Below, one piece after another: positions 1 through 10,294 of a stretch of 62,603 nucleotides of DNA. A program made the translations under genes and the position numbers. The DNA comes from Gammaproteobacteria bacterium (GTDB lineage: Bacteria > Pseudomonadota > Gammaproteobacteria > SG8-11), in assembly GCA_030610155.1 (NCBI GenBank), contig JAUWSG010000002.1:1-62603 (forward strand), given 5' to 3'. Positions within the stretch are counted from its first letter, which is position 1; each line of letters begins with the position of its first letter. The notes under the pieces were generated by a model. It was not told where the DNA came from, did no database searches, and worked only from the letters and a program-made list of their open reading frames with translations.

Positions 1-1802
1 ACCGAATCCACCGGACCATCAAATTCGGATATCGGCCGGTCCAGCATGGACATCACATCATGACGTTCAAGATAAGTGGTGTCCGGTAATACCAGGTCCG
101 CATACGCCACCATTTCAGATTGAAACGCATCCGCGACAACAATAAACGGGATCTTGAATTCCCCATTCTCGTGCTTGTCGTTGAGCATCTCCCGCACGCC
201 AACCGTATTCATTGATGAATTCCATGCCATGTTGGCCATGAATATCATTAGTGTATCAATAGGGTAGGGGTCGCCACGCCAGGCATTGGTAATCACATTG
301 TGCATCATGCCATGCACCGACAACGGATATTCCCAGGAAAAGGCTTTATCGATACGCACCGGTTGACCTTTATCATCGACAAATAAATCGTTCGGATCGG
401 CTGGCCAGCCCAATGGCATCCCGCCTAATGGTGTATTGGGTTTGACGCCCTGCGGGCCGTTAGGTGTTTTGGGGCAAGGGGGTATCGGCCGCGGGAAAGG
501 CGCTTTATGCCGAAACCCGCCGGGACGATCAATCGTGCCCAGAATGCTCATTAATATCGACAAGGCTCGAATCGTCTGGAAACCATTTGAATGTGCCGCC
601 AGACCTCGCATGGCATGAAAAGATACCGGGTTACCGGTAACGGCCTCATGGTCCTTGCCCCAGGCATCAGTCCAGGCGATCGGTAACTCGATAGTGTCAT
701 CTCGCGCCACGACACCCATCTCATGCGCAAGCTCAATAATGGTTTCTGCTGGAATACCGGTGATGTCAGCCGCCCACTCCGGTGTGTAGTCCTTTACCCT
801 GTCAACCAGCAGTTGAAACGCCGGCTTGACCGCGACACCATCATCCAGCACAAAACTACCCAGCAAATTAGGGTCCGCGCCCTCAGTATGTGTTCTGACT
901 GCTTTATTTGTTGTACGGTCCCACCACAACTGGTCCTGGGGATGCACCTTGCCCAGGTCTTCTTCAATATCAGTTCGCACAAACAATCCAAATTCATCTT
1001 CATTCTCATCCATATTGATCAGCTGTGCGGCATTACTGTATCGAATAAGAAAATCGCGATCATACAGACCTTGTTTAATGAGTTCGTGAATCAGGGCAAG
1101 AATGAGCGCGCCATCTGTACCGGGTTTTATCGGCACCCATTGATCGGCAATGGCCGAATACCCGGTGCGTACCGGGTTCACACTGATAAAACGGCCTCCA
1201 CTGCGCTTGAATTTTGAGAGCTCAATCTTCAATGGGTTTGAGTGATGGTCTTCAGCGGTACCAAACATCACAAACAGCTTGGATCGATCCAGATCAGGAC
1301 CACCAAATTCCCAGAACGATCCGCCAATGGTATAAATCATGCCCGCGGCCATATTGACGGAACAAAAACCACCGTGCGCAGCATAATTTGGCGTACCGTA
1401 TTGCTTGGCAAACATACCCGTTAGCGCCTGCATCTGATCACGGCCGGTAAACAAGGCAAACTTTTTCGGGTCTGTGGCACGCAGATGTTTCAGGCGTTCT
1501 TCAAGTATGGAAAAAGCTTCATCCCACGAAATTTCTTCAAACTCCGCCGCCCCTCGATCACTGCCTTCCTTACGTTTCAGGGGTTTTGTCAATCGGGCGG
1601 GGGAATACTGTTTCATAATACCCGACGAACCTTTGGCACAAAGCACGCCTTTATTCAGCGGGTGGTCCGGGTTGCCTTCGATATAACGTACTTCACCATT
1701 ACGCAAGGTCACACGAATACCACAGCGACAAGCACACATATAACATGTGGTATTTTTGACCTCTATTTGCTCATTTTCTATTACATCTGTCACATCAGAC
1801 AT
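1..1802 (-). CDS. Molybdopterin (Mo/W-bisPGD, MopB family) oxidoreductase, N-terminal ~600 codons; 3' end lies outside the window
   Basis: Absent from the ORF track because it runs off the window edge. My minus-strand translation from the ATG at 1800-1802 reads MSDVTDVIENEQIEVKNTTCYMCACRCGIRV...NPDHPLNKGVLCAKG, the CxxCxxxC...C Fe-S motif of MopB enzymes. It stays open and protein-like to position 1. No Tat leader, so predicted cytoplasmic. Confidence 0.85.
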   Translation of the reverse strand, partial: MSDVTDVIENEQIEVKNTTCYMCACRCGIRVTLRNGEVRYIEGNPDHPLNKGVLCAKGSSGIMKQYSPARLTKPLKRKEGSDRGAAEFEEISWDEAFSILEERLKHLRATDPKKFALFTGRDQMQALTGMFAKQYGTPNYAAHGGFCSVNMAAGMIYTIGGSFWEFGGPDLDRSKLFVMFGTAEDHHSNPLKIELSKFKRSGGRFISVNPVRTGYSAIADQWVPIKPGTDGALILALIHELIKQGLYDRDFLIRYSNAAQLINMDENEDEFGLFVRTDIEEDLGKVHPQDQLWWDRTTNKAVRTHTEGADPNLLGSFVLDDGVAVKPAFQLLVDRVKDYTPEWAADITGIPAETIIELAHEMGVVARDDTIELPIAWTDAWGKDHEAVTGNPVSFHAMRGLAAHSNGFQTIRALSILMSILGTIDRPGGFRHKAPFPRPIPPCPKTPNGPQGVKPNTPLGGMPLGWPADPNDLFVDDKGQPVRIDKAFSWEYPLSVHGMMHNVITNAWRGDPYPIDTLMIFMANMAWNSSMNTVGVREMLNDKHENGEFKIPFIVVADAFQSEMVAYADLVLPDTTYLERHDVMSMLDRPISEFDGPVDS

Positions 1803-2088
1803 TTTTTCACCCGGGTTTTAATACAAAAAAGTATTATACATTAATAGCTTAGCTCAACTCTAATCAGCACTGCTGAATATATCATAAGTTATTTATATTC
1901 TAATGAACTTTGCTCAATATATGAATGCGTTCAACAACTTGAATACCGATAAAAAATGAAATTGGTTAATTTTTAGACGAACTGGCCCTGCGATAGAACA
2001 AATGAAGGTATCGGTCATATCATTTTAGTCTTTGACTAAAATCATACAATAACAAGTTTTACAGATATGGCCGGATCTGTGGAATAAA

Positions 2089-2170
2089 GTCGTTCGTAGG
2101 TTGGAGTGAGACACGAAGTCCAACGAAGAAGTGGAAGAGGAAGCCGACCTGGTCGTGTTAGCGAACGAAC
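2089..2170. repeat. Short structured repeat (gtcgttcgtaggttgg...ccaacgaag ... ttagcgaacgaac)
   Basis: Hairpin gttgga/tccaac nested inside cgttcg/cgaacg complementarity. Same low-complexity style as the other intergenic repeats in this window. Confidence 0.4.
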
Positions 2171-2181
2171 CTGGACGGTTA

Positions 2182-2685
2182 TTATGCGTTATCTACATCA
2201 CAAGCCTTAGGTTTTCCAAACATTAATCCGTAAAAGAAAGACGGAATACAAAAATCAGTAAATGTAGGTACTGCCGCTGCGACTGCCAACGAGACACCGA
2301 GGGCATAACCTAAAATTGTGGCTCCACTATAGAAAGCCAGACTTGTGGCGATCAACCAGGCAGTCGCTACCATACAGGCAAATTTTCTCGGTGCCTGAGC
2401 ACGAGGCAATAGCTCAGTACCAAGGATATGTCGAATGCCATAATTATAAATAGCGTCAAAAGGGTGCCAGGGCAGAATTGCACCTAGCACAGATAGTGGT
2501 ATAAGAATCACCAGGGCTGTTACTGATTCGTAATAGGTCGCAATCGCAACCCACACTGTGCAAATTGCTGGAGAAAAGCGCAGCCAGAGTCCAATTTCAG
2601 CAATAGAAACATCACTTAGACCCAGATAACCCTGTGCCTCAATACGTTTCCGTGTTGTTATCGCGACAGTACTCATTATCTCCAC
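2182..2685 (-). CDS. Integral membrane protein (tentatively DUF4395-like)
   Basis: 167-aa ORF with about four hydrophobic helices. Its start abuts the stop of the upstream GGDEF gene (2685/2686), so it is probably co-transcribed. The family name is from memory only. Confidence 0.7.
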   Translation of the reverse strand: MEIMSTVAITTRKRIEAQGYLGLSDVSIAEIGLWLRFSPAICTVWVAIATYYESVTALVILIPLSVLGAILPWHPFDAIYNYGIRHILGTELLPRAQAPRKFACMVATAWLIATSLAFYSGATILGYALGVSLAVAAAVPTFTDFCIPSFFYGLMFGKPKACDVDNA

Positions 2686-4011
2686 CTATTTTGTTTGCCT
2701 GGCAGGTGTTGCGCTTAACTTAGCGTTATTCGTCTCCGCCCCGAACAGTACGACCTTGTTGCGCCCCTTGTTTTTTGCTTCATACATCGCATCATCTGCC
2801 TGTTTTAACAAACCTTCAAATGTCTGCTCGTTCTCCCTGGACAATGAGGCCATACCGACACTGACCGAAATCGGTATATTCATAGGCTTGAGTTCAACAA
2901 TCAATTTTCTGATTTGTTCGGCTTTAGCCAGGCCATCTTCAATATCGCAATGCTTCAATAAGACTACAAATTCTTCACCACCAAATCGCGCAACAATATC
3001 ACCATCCCGTACTGCATCAGATAACACGTGACCAAATTCCTTCAAAACATTATCACCTGCTGCATGCCCATAACAGTCATTTATCTTCTTGAAATTATCC
3101 ATGTCAATCATTAATAAACACAAGTTGGATTCATGACGATATGCATCGCTGATCCACTTCGGTGCCAAATCAAGCATGCTGTACCGATTGTACAGTCCGG
3201 TCAATTGATCCGTCATGGCAAGTTTATATAATTGACTCTGATTACGTTTCACTTGATCAATAAGTTGTTTGTTTTTGATCAGGTTCGTCACGCGCACAAT
3301 AAACTCGACAACCTGAAAAGGCTTTTCAACAAAATCATTTGCACCATGTCTAAGTAACTCGACTTTTCGAGCGCTGTCACTGAATGCGGAGACGGCCAGT
3401 ATCGGGATATTGGCATTTTCATTATCCATATGCCGTACATGAGTGATCACACCAAAGCCACTTAATTTACCCGGCAACACGACATCACTTATCACCAGGT
3501 CGTATTCCTTTTCATCCAGTGCAACCAGACCTTCTTCCGCGTTACTAAAATGATCAACGACAAGACCAATATCATTAAGATAAAGCCTGACCAGATCCGC
3601 AGCATAAAAATCATCTTCAATATACAAGACTTGTCCCTTGCATCGAATCAACACGTGCTCTGAAAAATCTTTTACATATTGTTGCAACGCATCAATATGC
3701 TGCTTACAGATAACATCTGTGTAGCCGTTTTCAAGACCCGTCTTTCTCACGGCGACATCATCAGTGTCAGTTAATAACAGGGCGGGGACATTGCGTAGAT
3801 TTTCTTCTGATCTTATTTTTTTGATCAGATCAAAATTTTCCGCGTCATCAACATCATAGGAGACTGCAATAAGACCATAATCATCGGAGGAGAGACAATC
3901 CATACCTGTAACTGGATCATCAGCGCAGGTGACATCAAAACCTGACTCGGTAAGGACCTGACTTATCAAGCCCTGAAACAATTTTGAGTTTTCAACCAGC
4001 AATGCTTTCAT
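2686..4011 (-). CDS. Response regulator diguanylate cyclase (REC-REC-GGDEF, PleD-like architecture)
   Basis: GGDEF active site RFGGEEFVVLL with an RxxD I-site (RDGD) five residues upstream. The second receiver has EDD, DLVISDVVLPG and KPF. The first receiver lacks the acidic pocket and phospho-Asp. Confidence 0.9.
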   Translation of the reverse strand: MKALLVENSKLFQGLISQVLTESGFDVTCADDPVTGMDCLSSDDYGLIAVSYDVDDAENFDLIKKIRSEENLRNVPALLLTDTDDVAVRKTGLENGYTDVICKQHIDALQQYVKDFSEHVLIRCKGQVLYIEDDFYAADLVRLYLNDIGLVVDHFSNAEEGLVALDEKEYDLVISDVVLPGKLSGFGVITHVRHMDNENANIPILAVSAFSDSARKVELLRHGANDFVEKPFQVVEFIVRVTNLIKNKQLIDQVKRNQSQLYKLAMTDQLTGLYNRYSMLDLAPKWISDAYRHESNLCLLMIDMDNFKKINDCYGHAAGDNVLKEFGHVLSDAVRDGDIVARFGGEEFVVLLKHCDIEDGLAKAEQIRKLIVELKPMNIPISVSVGMASLSRENEQTFEGLLKQADDAMYEAKNKGRNKVVLFGAETNNAKLSATPARQTK

Positions 4012-4544
4012 AAAGACCCGTTATAATTTGTAATGTATCGCTCGATGTACAAACGGGAGCTTGCTACTGACTATTTTTTAGATCGACCACTACCCTCCTT
4101 GTAATAAATATATTTGACCAACCCGATCAAATCTTCTCGTTCCCTTACTTTCTTTATTGGAGATACTCATCAGAATAAACACCCACTAATATAGTCTAGT
4201 TTAAGTTTGAATTTATAGTAAATAGAAAAAATAATAACAGGCATTAATTAAAGCAATACGAAATGAGCTGTCACTAGCGATCTGGCAATACGCCATAAAA
4301 CCGACAAGATATTTTTTATTACTGAAAAATATTATTTATAATCAGCGTGTGCAGAATAATATTTCTTTCCTGTCTCCACTATAAAAAACCTGATAATTCA
4401 CAATCATCTGCAAAACAAACTTCATTTACTTTACGCGCAAAGTGGAACACATTCGATATGATATAGTGAAAACACAAACTTCAACCCTCTGCACCTGAAA
4501 CTTATTGATGTTCATCCACAAAGCGCCTGACGTGTTACAACATC

Positions 4545-5627
4545 CTATATTTCCACACTTAATATAATTCCACCCCAGAACTGATGACGATTTCCAGCAC
4601 CCTGTTTGATCTCGGCTGTTTGGCCACGCACGCTGTAACTGATTCTAATACCATGAAATATTTCAGCCGTGACACCTAACCACATATCCAGGATTGCATG
4701 ATTTAATTCATCACTATCAAATGTGACCACGCTGTCTTTGGTCTGGCCTTGCAGAAATACGTTATAGGCCCGCAAATGAACACTTGCGCCAGACCAAAAA
4801 TATAGCTCATTTTTCTGCAGCGACTTTAATGTCGCCAATGCAGGCGCAGATTTTTCAGTATATTCCGATGTTTGCGGGTTGAATGTCCACCAGGGAGAGC
4901 GAATTCTTCCCCAACGACCGCTCAGACTGAGTGTGATATCCGTTAAATATCCAATACTGCCTTTAACGGCCGTCTTGATTTCATAACTTTTGTCATCCGT
5001 ATAGTTTGACCATCGAACACGCTGGCCGGACACACTGTAGAGGAATGTCAGTTCTCCACCGTTGGAAATCTGATTATGCCACCCATTTGCTTCATCAAGA
5101 TTAATTATCTTGTGCACAGTGTTTTGTAAATTACCGGCGATATCCAGCCCCAGAACACCCAGAGAAAATGTTGAAATCAACGAACTCTTGTTATTAGTAC
5201 GTACATACTGGCGACTATTGGCCACATAAACCAGGCTGGCATAAGGCCTGTCATCCTGCACTGGAAAGCTTGTAAAAATATCATTGGGCGTAAAACCCGC
5301 TATACCAAATTCATAACTGTGAAAGCGTAAATCTTCTCCTATATTTATCCCTGAGAGACTATCAAAGCCACCCACAATGGCATCCATGGACAACAAGTGT
5401 GTTGCTGCGCTGTCTCCGGAAAAAACAATTGACAGTCCTGCGGTGTAGTCCCTGTCAATACTGGGCGTAATAAACAAATCATTATCCAAATAAAATGCCC
5501 AATCTGTTTTGTTATCGACATTCGCAGGCGCTATATCCTCCTGCGCCGCCATCACCATCGGACCCGGCAAAACCAGAAACAAAGAAAGGAAAAATAAAGG
5601 ACTATTTTTTATTAATTTTAACAACAC
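4545..5627 (-). CDS. lpxR: LpxR-family (DUF2219) outer-membrane lipid A 3-O-deacylase-like protein, copy 1
   Basis: Signal peptide followed by the block DWAFYLDNDLF...DRDYTAG. Clearly paralogous along its length to the ORF at 24076-25263. Confidence 0.75.
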   Translation of the reverse strand: MLLKLIKNSPLFFLSLFLVLPGPMVMAAQEDIAPANVDNKTDWAFYLDNDLFITPSIDRDYTAGLSIVFSGDSAATHLLSMDAIVGGFDSLSGINIGEDLRFHSYEFGIAGFTPNDIFTSFPVQDDRPYASLVYVANSRQYVRTNNKSSLISTFSLGVLGLDIAGNLQNTVHKIINLDEANGWHNQISNGGELTFLYSVSGQRVRWSNYTDDKSYEIKTAVKGSIGYLTDITLSLSGRWGRIRSPWWTFNPQTSEYTEKSAPALATLKSLQKNELYFWSGASVHLRAYNVFLQGQTKDSVVTFDSDELNHAILDMWLGVTAEIFHGIRISYSVRGQTAEIKQGAGNRHQFWGGIILSVEI

Positions 5628-5842
5628 GGTATCTTGTTTATCTCATGACGAACATCAGGTCCAGCCCCTGATAAAATTTACTTATTTAATATGCCCGACA
5701 GTTTACATTAAACTATCTAGATCAAATCATTTATCAGTCGTAGAGTAGTACCATCACGGTGGTAAAGAACATGCCCGCTGCTCTGTAAAAGTGTCGCATA
5801 ATAATATCGGCAAAATCCCATTGATATTTTGTTTAACATATT

Positions 5843-6199
5843 ATGAAATTGGCCAATCTGAATATCACCGCCCTGACGCCAGGCGCTAAAATTGAACCCG
5901 CCGAACCATTATGGAAGCGTGCCCCTACCCGTGACAATGATGGTGTCATATTGAGTGACTTCATGATGGTCATTCCGAAACTAAAACACAAACCACTTCA
6001 TGTTATCAAAGATGTCATTAGAGAAATCGAGCGAGTGCTAACGTATTTCGAAAAACAAGTCGTTTTTGCTGACTTGAATCTGAAGCTGAATATTTTATGG
6101 GTAACCGTTCAACCTGTTCCCGGCATCTGCGCCGATGTCGCCGCCGCCATTCATCATCGTATTCCCGAAGCCAAACTTATCGCCAGTAAAATTAATTAA
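5843..6199 (+). CDS. Hypothetical protein (118 aa)
   Basis: Clean ORF in a divergent position to lpxR copy 1. No motif recognised. Confidence 0.55.
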   Translation: MKLANLNITALTPGAKIEPAEPLWKRAPTRDNDGVILSDFMMVIPKLKHKPLHVIKDVIREIERVLTYFEKQVVFADLNLKLNILWVTVQPVPGICADVAAAIHHRIPEAKLIASKIN

Positions 6200-6202
6200 A
6201 AA

Positions 6203-7471
6203 CTACATTGCTAATAGTTGCATGGCCTCTGCTATTTCTTCGTTAGCATCATGCAAAATCTGTATACTATTTTCCGCCGACAGCGACCCCAGACCCAGCT
6301 TCCGGTATGCAGGCACATCAGTCAGGCTTGGCAAGGTCCTGCCATCCAAAGGCGGAGTATCATCGCCCACTTTTTTACCCATAAAACTCAATAACTGCGC
6401 AACCAGCACCAGATCACAATAGTCTGCTTCAGTTCCAGGGTCGCGATCCCAGTCATCGGCTTCTTTTGCCACCGTTATAAAATCTTCCGGAAAATGCCAT
6501 TTCTCCAGAATCAGGCCGCCTACATCACCATGCAATTGACGAATTGTATCCCTAAGCTCATCATAATTATTGGCTATTTCGGGGTATCGCTCTGCATAAC
6601 TCAGAATCGGCAGCATACCCACGTCGTGTAACAAACCTAATAACATGGCGTGATCGGGATCAAAGCCCTTAACTCTTTTTGCCAATACATATGAAATAGC
6701 AGCCACTTCGGTACTGTGCTTCCACAGAGTCTGCATTTGTTTTTTAAGATGTATTAATTTGCTCTTGAATACATTACGTAAAGCAAAACCCATTACAAAA
6801 TTTTGTAATGTATTAATGCCGACCAGCTTAATGGCGCCCTCAACAGTCGCAACTTCCTTGTAAGAATGAAAAATAGCACTATTGGCTACTTTCATTAACA
6901 TTGCAGTCAATGCAGGCTCGGTTTGAACAGCGATTTTAAGCCTTTTTATATCTGCCTCTTCTTTTATCAATCTTCGAACCCTGACGATGATGTCCGGCAA
7001 TACCGGCACGCTCAACCTGTCTGCATCAAGGTCCTGAAAAATGTCCTGGAACAAGGGATTTTTAACGACTTCATTCGTCAAAAATATATTTTCAACATGC
7101 TCCCCTAATTCTTGTTGAAGCCCGGAAACATTATCCAATACCTGGTTGTCGATCCATATATATTTGACTTCGGTAAGTGCAGTGACCGTATAAACATGCG
7201 GATTTAAATGTGAGACTGATTTTTTCGCTTTTTCTGTTCCACCTGTCACCTCAAAACTGCGGCCATCTTTTGCTGTTAGCATGACCTCGCCTTTTAACAC
7301 ATACAAAGCTCTCGCATCAGAAGAACCAAGACTAACCAGTTCATCTCCAATATTGGCATGCTGAATTTCACCCTGGGCAGCCAAAATACTCAGCTCATCA
7401 TCAGTAAGATGACATAATGGCTTCAGGGTTTTTAATGTCGCGATATCTATATAGTCTGATGACGTTTCCAC
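6203..7471 (-). CDS. Cyclic-nucleotide-binding-domain / HDOD-domain signalling protein
   Basis: 422 aa. N-terminal cNMP-binding-like beta-roll region (…YVLKGEVMLTAKDGRSFEV…). C-terminal HDOD signature (…MLLGLLHDVGMLPIL…). Confidence 0.8.
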   Translation of the reverse strand: METSSDYIDIATLKTLKPLCHLTDDELSILAAQGEIQHANIGDELVSLGSSDARALYVLKGEVMLTAKDGRSFEVTGGTEKAKKSVSHLNPHVYTVTALTEVKYIWIDNQVLDNVSGLQQELGEHVENIFLTNEVVKNPLFQDIFQDLDADRLSVPVLPDIIVRVRRLIKEEADIKRLKIAVQTEPALTAMLMKVANSAIFHSYKEVATVEGAIKLVGINTLQNFVMGFALRNVFKSKLIHLKKQMQTLWKHSTEVAAISYVLAKRVKGFDPDHAMLLGLLHDVGMLPILSYAERYPEIANNYDELRDTIRQLHGDVGGLILEKWHFPEDFITVAKEADDWDRDPGTEADYCDLVLVAQLLSFMGKKVGDDTPPLDGRTLPSLTDVPAYRKLGLGSLSAENSIQILHDANEEIAEAMQLLAM

Positions 7472-7629
7472 GGGGATCTCTCAATATTGGCAATATGTTC
7501 AATATTAGTCGGCATTTTGTCTGATATATTTACCATGCGCATGGAGGTAAATTCCTTGAGTAATTCTGTCAGGCTTTAAAGGGTCGACAGATGAGTGATG
7601 AATATTACTTTGAGTTATTCAGAAAATAG

Positions 7630-8835
7630 CTACTTCTTCTGTCTGGATATTCTTTCCACCAGCGCCTTTGACAGCGGAATGGCGGTAACACCATGCACAA
7701 CAATACTTAGACATATTGTACAAACAACAACTGTGCCCAGGATTTTCCCACCCGCCAGGTTCTCATTCAACACAATAATCGTAAATACGATGCTGGCCAG
7801 GCCCCGTGGGCCAAACCAGCCCAGGAAAAGCTTGCTCTCTACCCGCTCGCCTGTACCGGCAAGGGAGATGAAGATCGGCAGCATGCGGACCAGTGTCAGA
7901 CTCAGTACAGAATAGAGCACGATCTGCCAGCTGAGATCACCAATGACCTTACCGATGATGGCAGAACCAAAAACCGCCCAGGTAAGCAAAGCAAAGGCGT
8001 TACCCGTCCCCTCCGTCGCACGCAACAGATAATGCTTGTGATGTTTTGTTATTTTGCCAAATAGCAGACCACCGACAAACGCGGCAATAAAGCCACTACC
8101 ACCCATGCTCTGCGCACCTGCAAAACAGGCTACTGCCAGAGCAAAGACCGTAATCTGCATCCAGATTTCGGAGAGCCAGTCATGTTTGGCGCTCAGCGTA
8201 AGCACCCATCCTGCTAAAGCGGCCAGGCAAAGGCCAACAGCAAGTCCAATACCAATCTCTTCTATCACCAGATGCAGCGCGTAGCTCATGCCTCCAGCAT
8301 CACCTTTGGTGTGCACTGCCAGTGCGATGAATATAAACAGAATGGGAACGCAGATTCCGTCATTTAACCCGCTTTCCATGTTCAATCCTTCACGGATTCT
8401 GGCAGGTACTGTTTTGTTGGTGATGACCGGCTTGCCCAATGCTGCATCGGTAGCCGCCAGCATGGTCGCGAGTATCGCAAGTTCGTACAATGTAAATTCG
8501 TCGAAGATCAGGATACCAACAACAAATCCGAGCAGGATTGTTAATGGTAGCCCAATTGCCAGCATCCGCTCCGGGAGTCGGAGACTGCTCTTCAACACGC
8601 CGAGGTTCGCACTGGCCGCATCGCTGAAGAGGACCAGCGCAAGTGTCATTTCGGCGATTGTTCGCAGCGCCTCATTGCTGACATTCAGCGTCAGGATGTC
8701 TGCCCCTAACGGGCCTAACAACAGACCAAAAGCCGTAAAAACTATCGGCCCACTAACCCATGTTCGCTCAATACCTTTGGCGAACACGCTATAGAGAAAT
8801 GCAAACGCGGCCAGAATAGCCAGGTTTTGATACAA
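7630..8835 (-). CDS. Cation:proton antiporter (CPA1 / NhaP-type Na+/H+ exchanger)
   Basis: 401 aa, polytopic, with the ESGLNDG motif typical of the Na+/H+ exchanger family. Confidence 0.85.
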   Translation of the reverse strand: MYQNLAILAAFAFLYSVFAKGIERTWVSGPIVFTAFGLLLGPLGADILTLNVSNEALRTIAEMTLALVLFSDAASANLGVLKSSLRLPERMLAIGLPLTILLGFVVGILIFDEFTLYELAILATMLAATDAALGKPVITNKTVPARIREGLNMESGLNDGICVPILFIFIALAVHTKGDAGGMSYALHLVIEEIGIGLAVGLCLAALAGWVLTLSAKHDWLSEIWMQITVFALAVACFAGAQSMGGSGFIAAFVGGLLFGKITKHHKHYLLRATEGTGNAFALLTWAVFGSAIIGKVIGDLSWQIVLYSVLSLTLVRMLPIFISLAGTGERVESKLFLGWFGPRGLASIVFTIIVLNENLAGGKILGTVVVCTICLSIVVHGVTAIPLSKALVERISRQKK

Positions 8836-8953
8836 TCAGGTATCCTCTCTACACTCCGTCGCAGGTGCATGTTATCTGCACAACTGATTTCAAGAACCTT
8901 TGTCTATCTGCAGTGAATTTCTCTGCATTGACAATCGCCTTTTCCAATAACAC

Positions 8954-10198
8954 TTAAAAATTTATTTTTTCTGCTACATAGACGCGCGACGTTGCCGCCT
9001 TACCCACCCGCTGTATACCCAGGACAAAAGCCGCAATACGCATATCAATATTCTTTTCCTTTGCGACATCACGTACTGCTGCGTATGCCTCGCGCATCTT
9101 GCGAGTAAGTTCCTCATCAACACGATCCTTTTGCCAGCGAAATTGTTGAATATTTTGCGCCCATTCAAAATAACTGACGGTAACACCACCTGCATTCGCC
9201 AAAATATCAGGCACAATGAGCACACCACGTTTCACTAATACCTCATGTGCCGCCGGCGCGGTTGGGCCGTTGGCACCTTCGACGATAATGTCAGCTTTAA
9301 CCTCATTTACATTCTCTTCGGTAATCGCATTTTCCAGCGCAGCAGGAATAAGTACATCTACATCCCAGGTAATAACATCTGAACTATTAAATGCCGTACC
9401 GTCGGGGAATCCTTTAACAGTACGATGTTTAGCTACCCATAAAATCAATGCGCCAATATCGAGCCCGTCATCATTGCTTACGCCGCCATGATGATCGGCA
9501 ACCGCAACAACCTTTGCACCCTGTTCTGCAACCAGGCGTGCCGCATTAGCACCTACGTTACCAAAACCCTGTATAGCAATGCGAATATCTTGCCAGTTCT
9601 TATTTCTATCTTTCAGCGCCTCATCCAGCACGACCATAACACCACGTCCAGTCGCTTCATCCCGCCCTTCAGAACCAAACAACTCCAGTGGTTTACCCGT
9701 CACCACTGCGGGTGAGAAACCGGCATACTTCGAATACTCGTCCATGATCCAACCCATCACCTTGGCGTTGGTATTAACGTCCGGCGCGGGAATATCAACC
9801 GTAGGCCCGATGACTTCTTTGGTGCGCTCAACAAAACGTCTTGTCACTTTATTCAGTTCACTCTCACTCATGGTCTGCGGATCGCAGTTAATTCCACCTT
9901 TTGCGCCACCGAAGGGCACATCAACAATCGCCGTCTTCCATGTCATCAGGTTTGCCAGCGCTGCCGCATGGTCTTCATCCATGGACGGATGATAGCGCAA
10001 GCCACCTTTCATCGGTCCACGCGCATTGTTATGCTGGACCCGAAAGCCCAGATAATGCTGCAATCGACCTTCGTCATCATCAATCACAAGATCGACTTTA
10101 ACCGTGCGAATAGGTGTCCAGATGATTTCTCTGAGTCGTTCCGACAACTTCAGTACATCGGCCGCTTTCTGAAAATAATAGTGACTGTCTTCAAGCAT
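8954..10198 (-). CDS. gdhA: Glutamate dehydrogenase (Glu/Leu/Phe/Val dehydrogenase family)
   Basis: 414 aa. PFGGAKGG catalytic-Lys motif and GFGNVG dinucleotide fold. Confidence 0.9.
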   Translation of the reverse strand: MLEDSHYYFQKAADVLKLSERLREIIWTPIRTVKVDLVIDDDEGRLQHYLGFRVQHNNARGPMKGGLRYHPSMDEDHAAALANLMTWKTAIVDVPFGGAKGGINCDPQTMSESELNKVTRRFVERTKEVIGPTVDIPAPDVNTNAKVMGWIMDEYSKYAGFSPAVVTGKPLELFGSEGRDEATGRGVMVVLDEALKDRNKNWQDIRIAIQGFGNVGANAARLVAEQGAKVVAVADHHGGVSNDDGLDIGALILWVAKHRTVKGFPDGTAFNSSDVITWDVDVLIPAALENAITEENVNEVKADIIVEGANGPTAPAAHEVLVKRGVLIVPDILANAGGVTVSYFEWAQNIQQFRWQKDRVDEELTRKMREAYAAVRDVAKEKNIDMRIAAFVLGIQRVGKAATSRVYVAEKINF

Positions 10199-10294
10199 TT
10201 TTTTACCCTTTCATCCTTAAATAGTGTTTATTAATTAATGTTTGCGACGCCTGATACGAATGGCACATGGTCAAGGAAAAATAAATCAACCCCC

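Noticed and set aside
723-1844. Plus-strand ORFs (723-1217, 826-1089, 1242-1424, 1474-1686, 1485-1844) and minus-strand ORFs 551-736 and 794-1009
   Set aside because: All lie inside or antisense to the long, clearly protein-like minus-strand MopB oxidoreductase frame that runs off the window. Their translations are low-complexity and match nothing I recognise.
5744-5768. Mini-hairpin gtaccatcacggtggtaaag, resembling collapsed ends of the cacggag element (possible empty site)
   Set aside because: The stem is only 5 bp and the resemblance is limited to taccac.../...gtggtaaa, too short to distinguish from chance.
8054-8794. Antisense ORFs 8054-8284 and 8288-8794 (168 aa) opposite the Na+/H+ antiporter
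   Set aside because: Ala/Ser/Pro-rich mirror translations of a membrane-protein gene. The same applies to other long antisense ORFs such as 16405-16938 in napA, 44283-44930 in gpsA, 9579-9992 in gdh, 13682-14089 in rdhA and 29334-29831 across the pilin genes.
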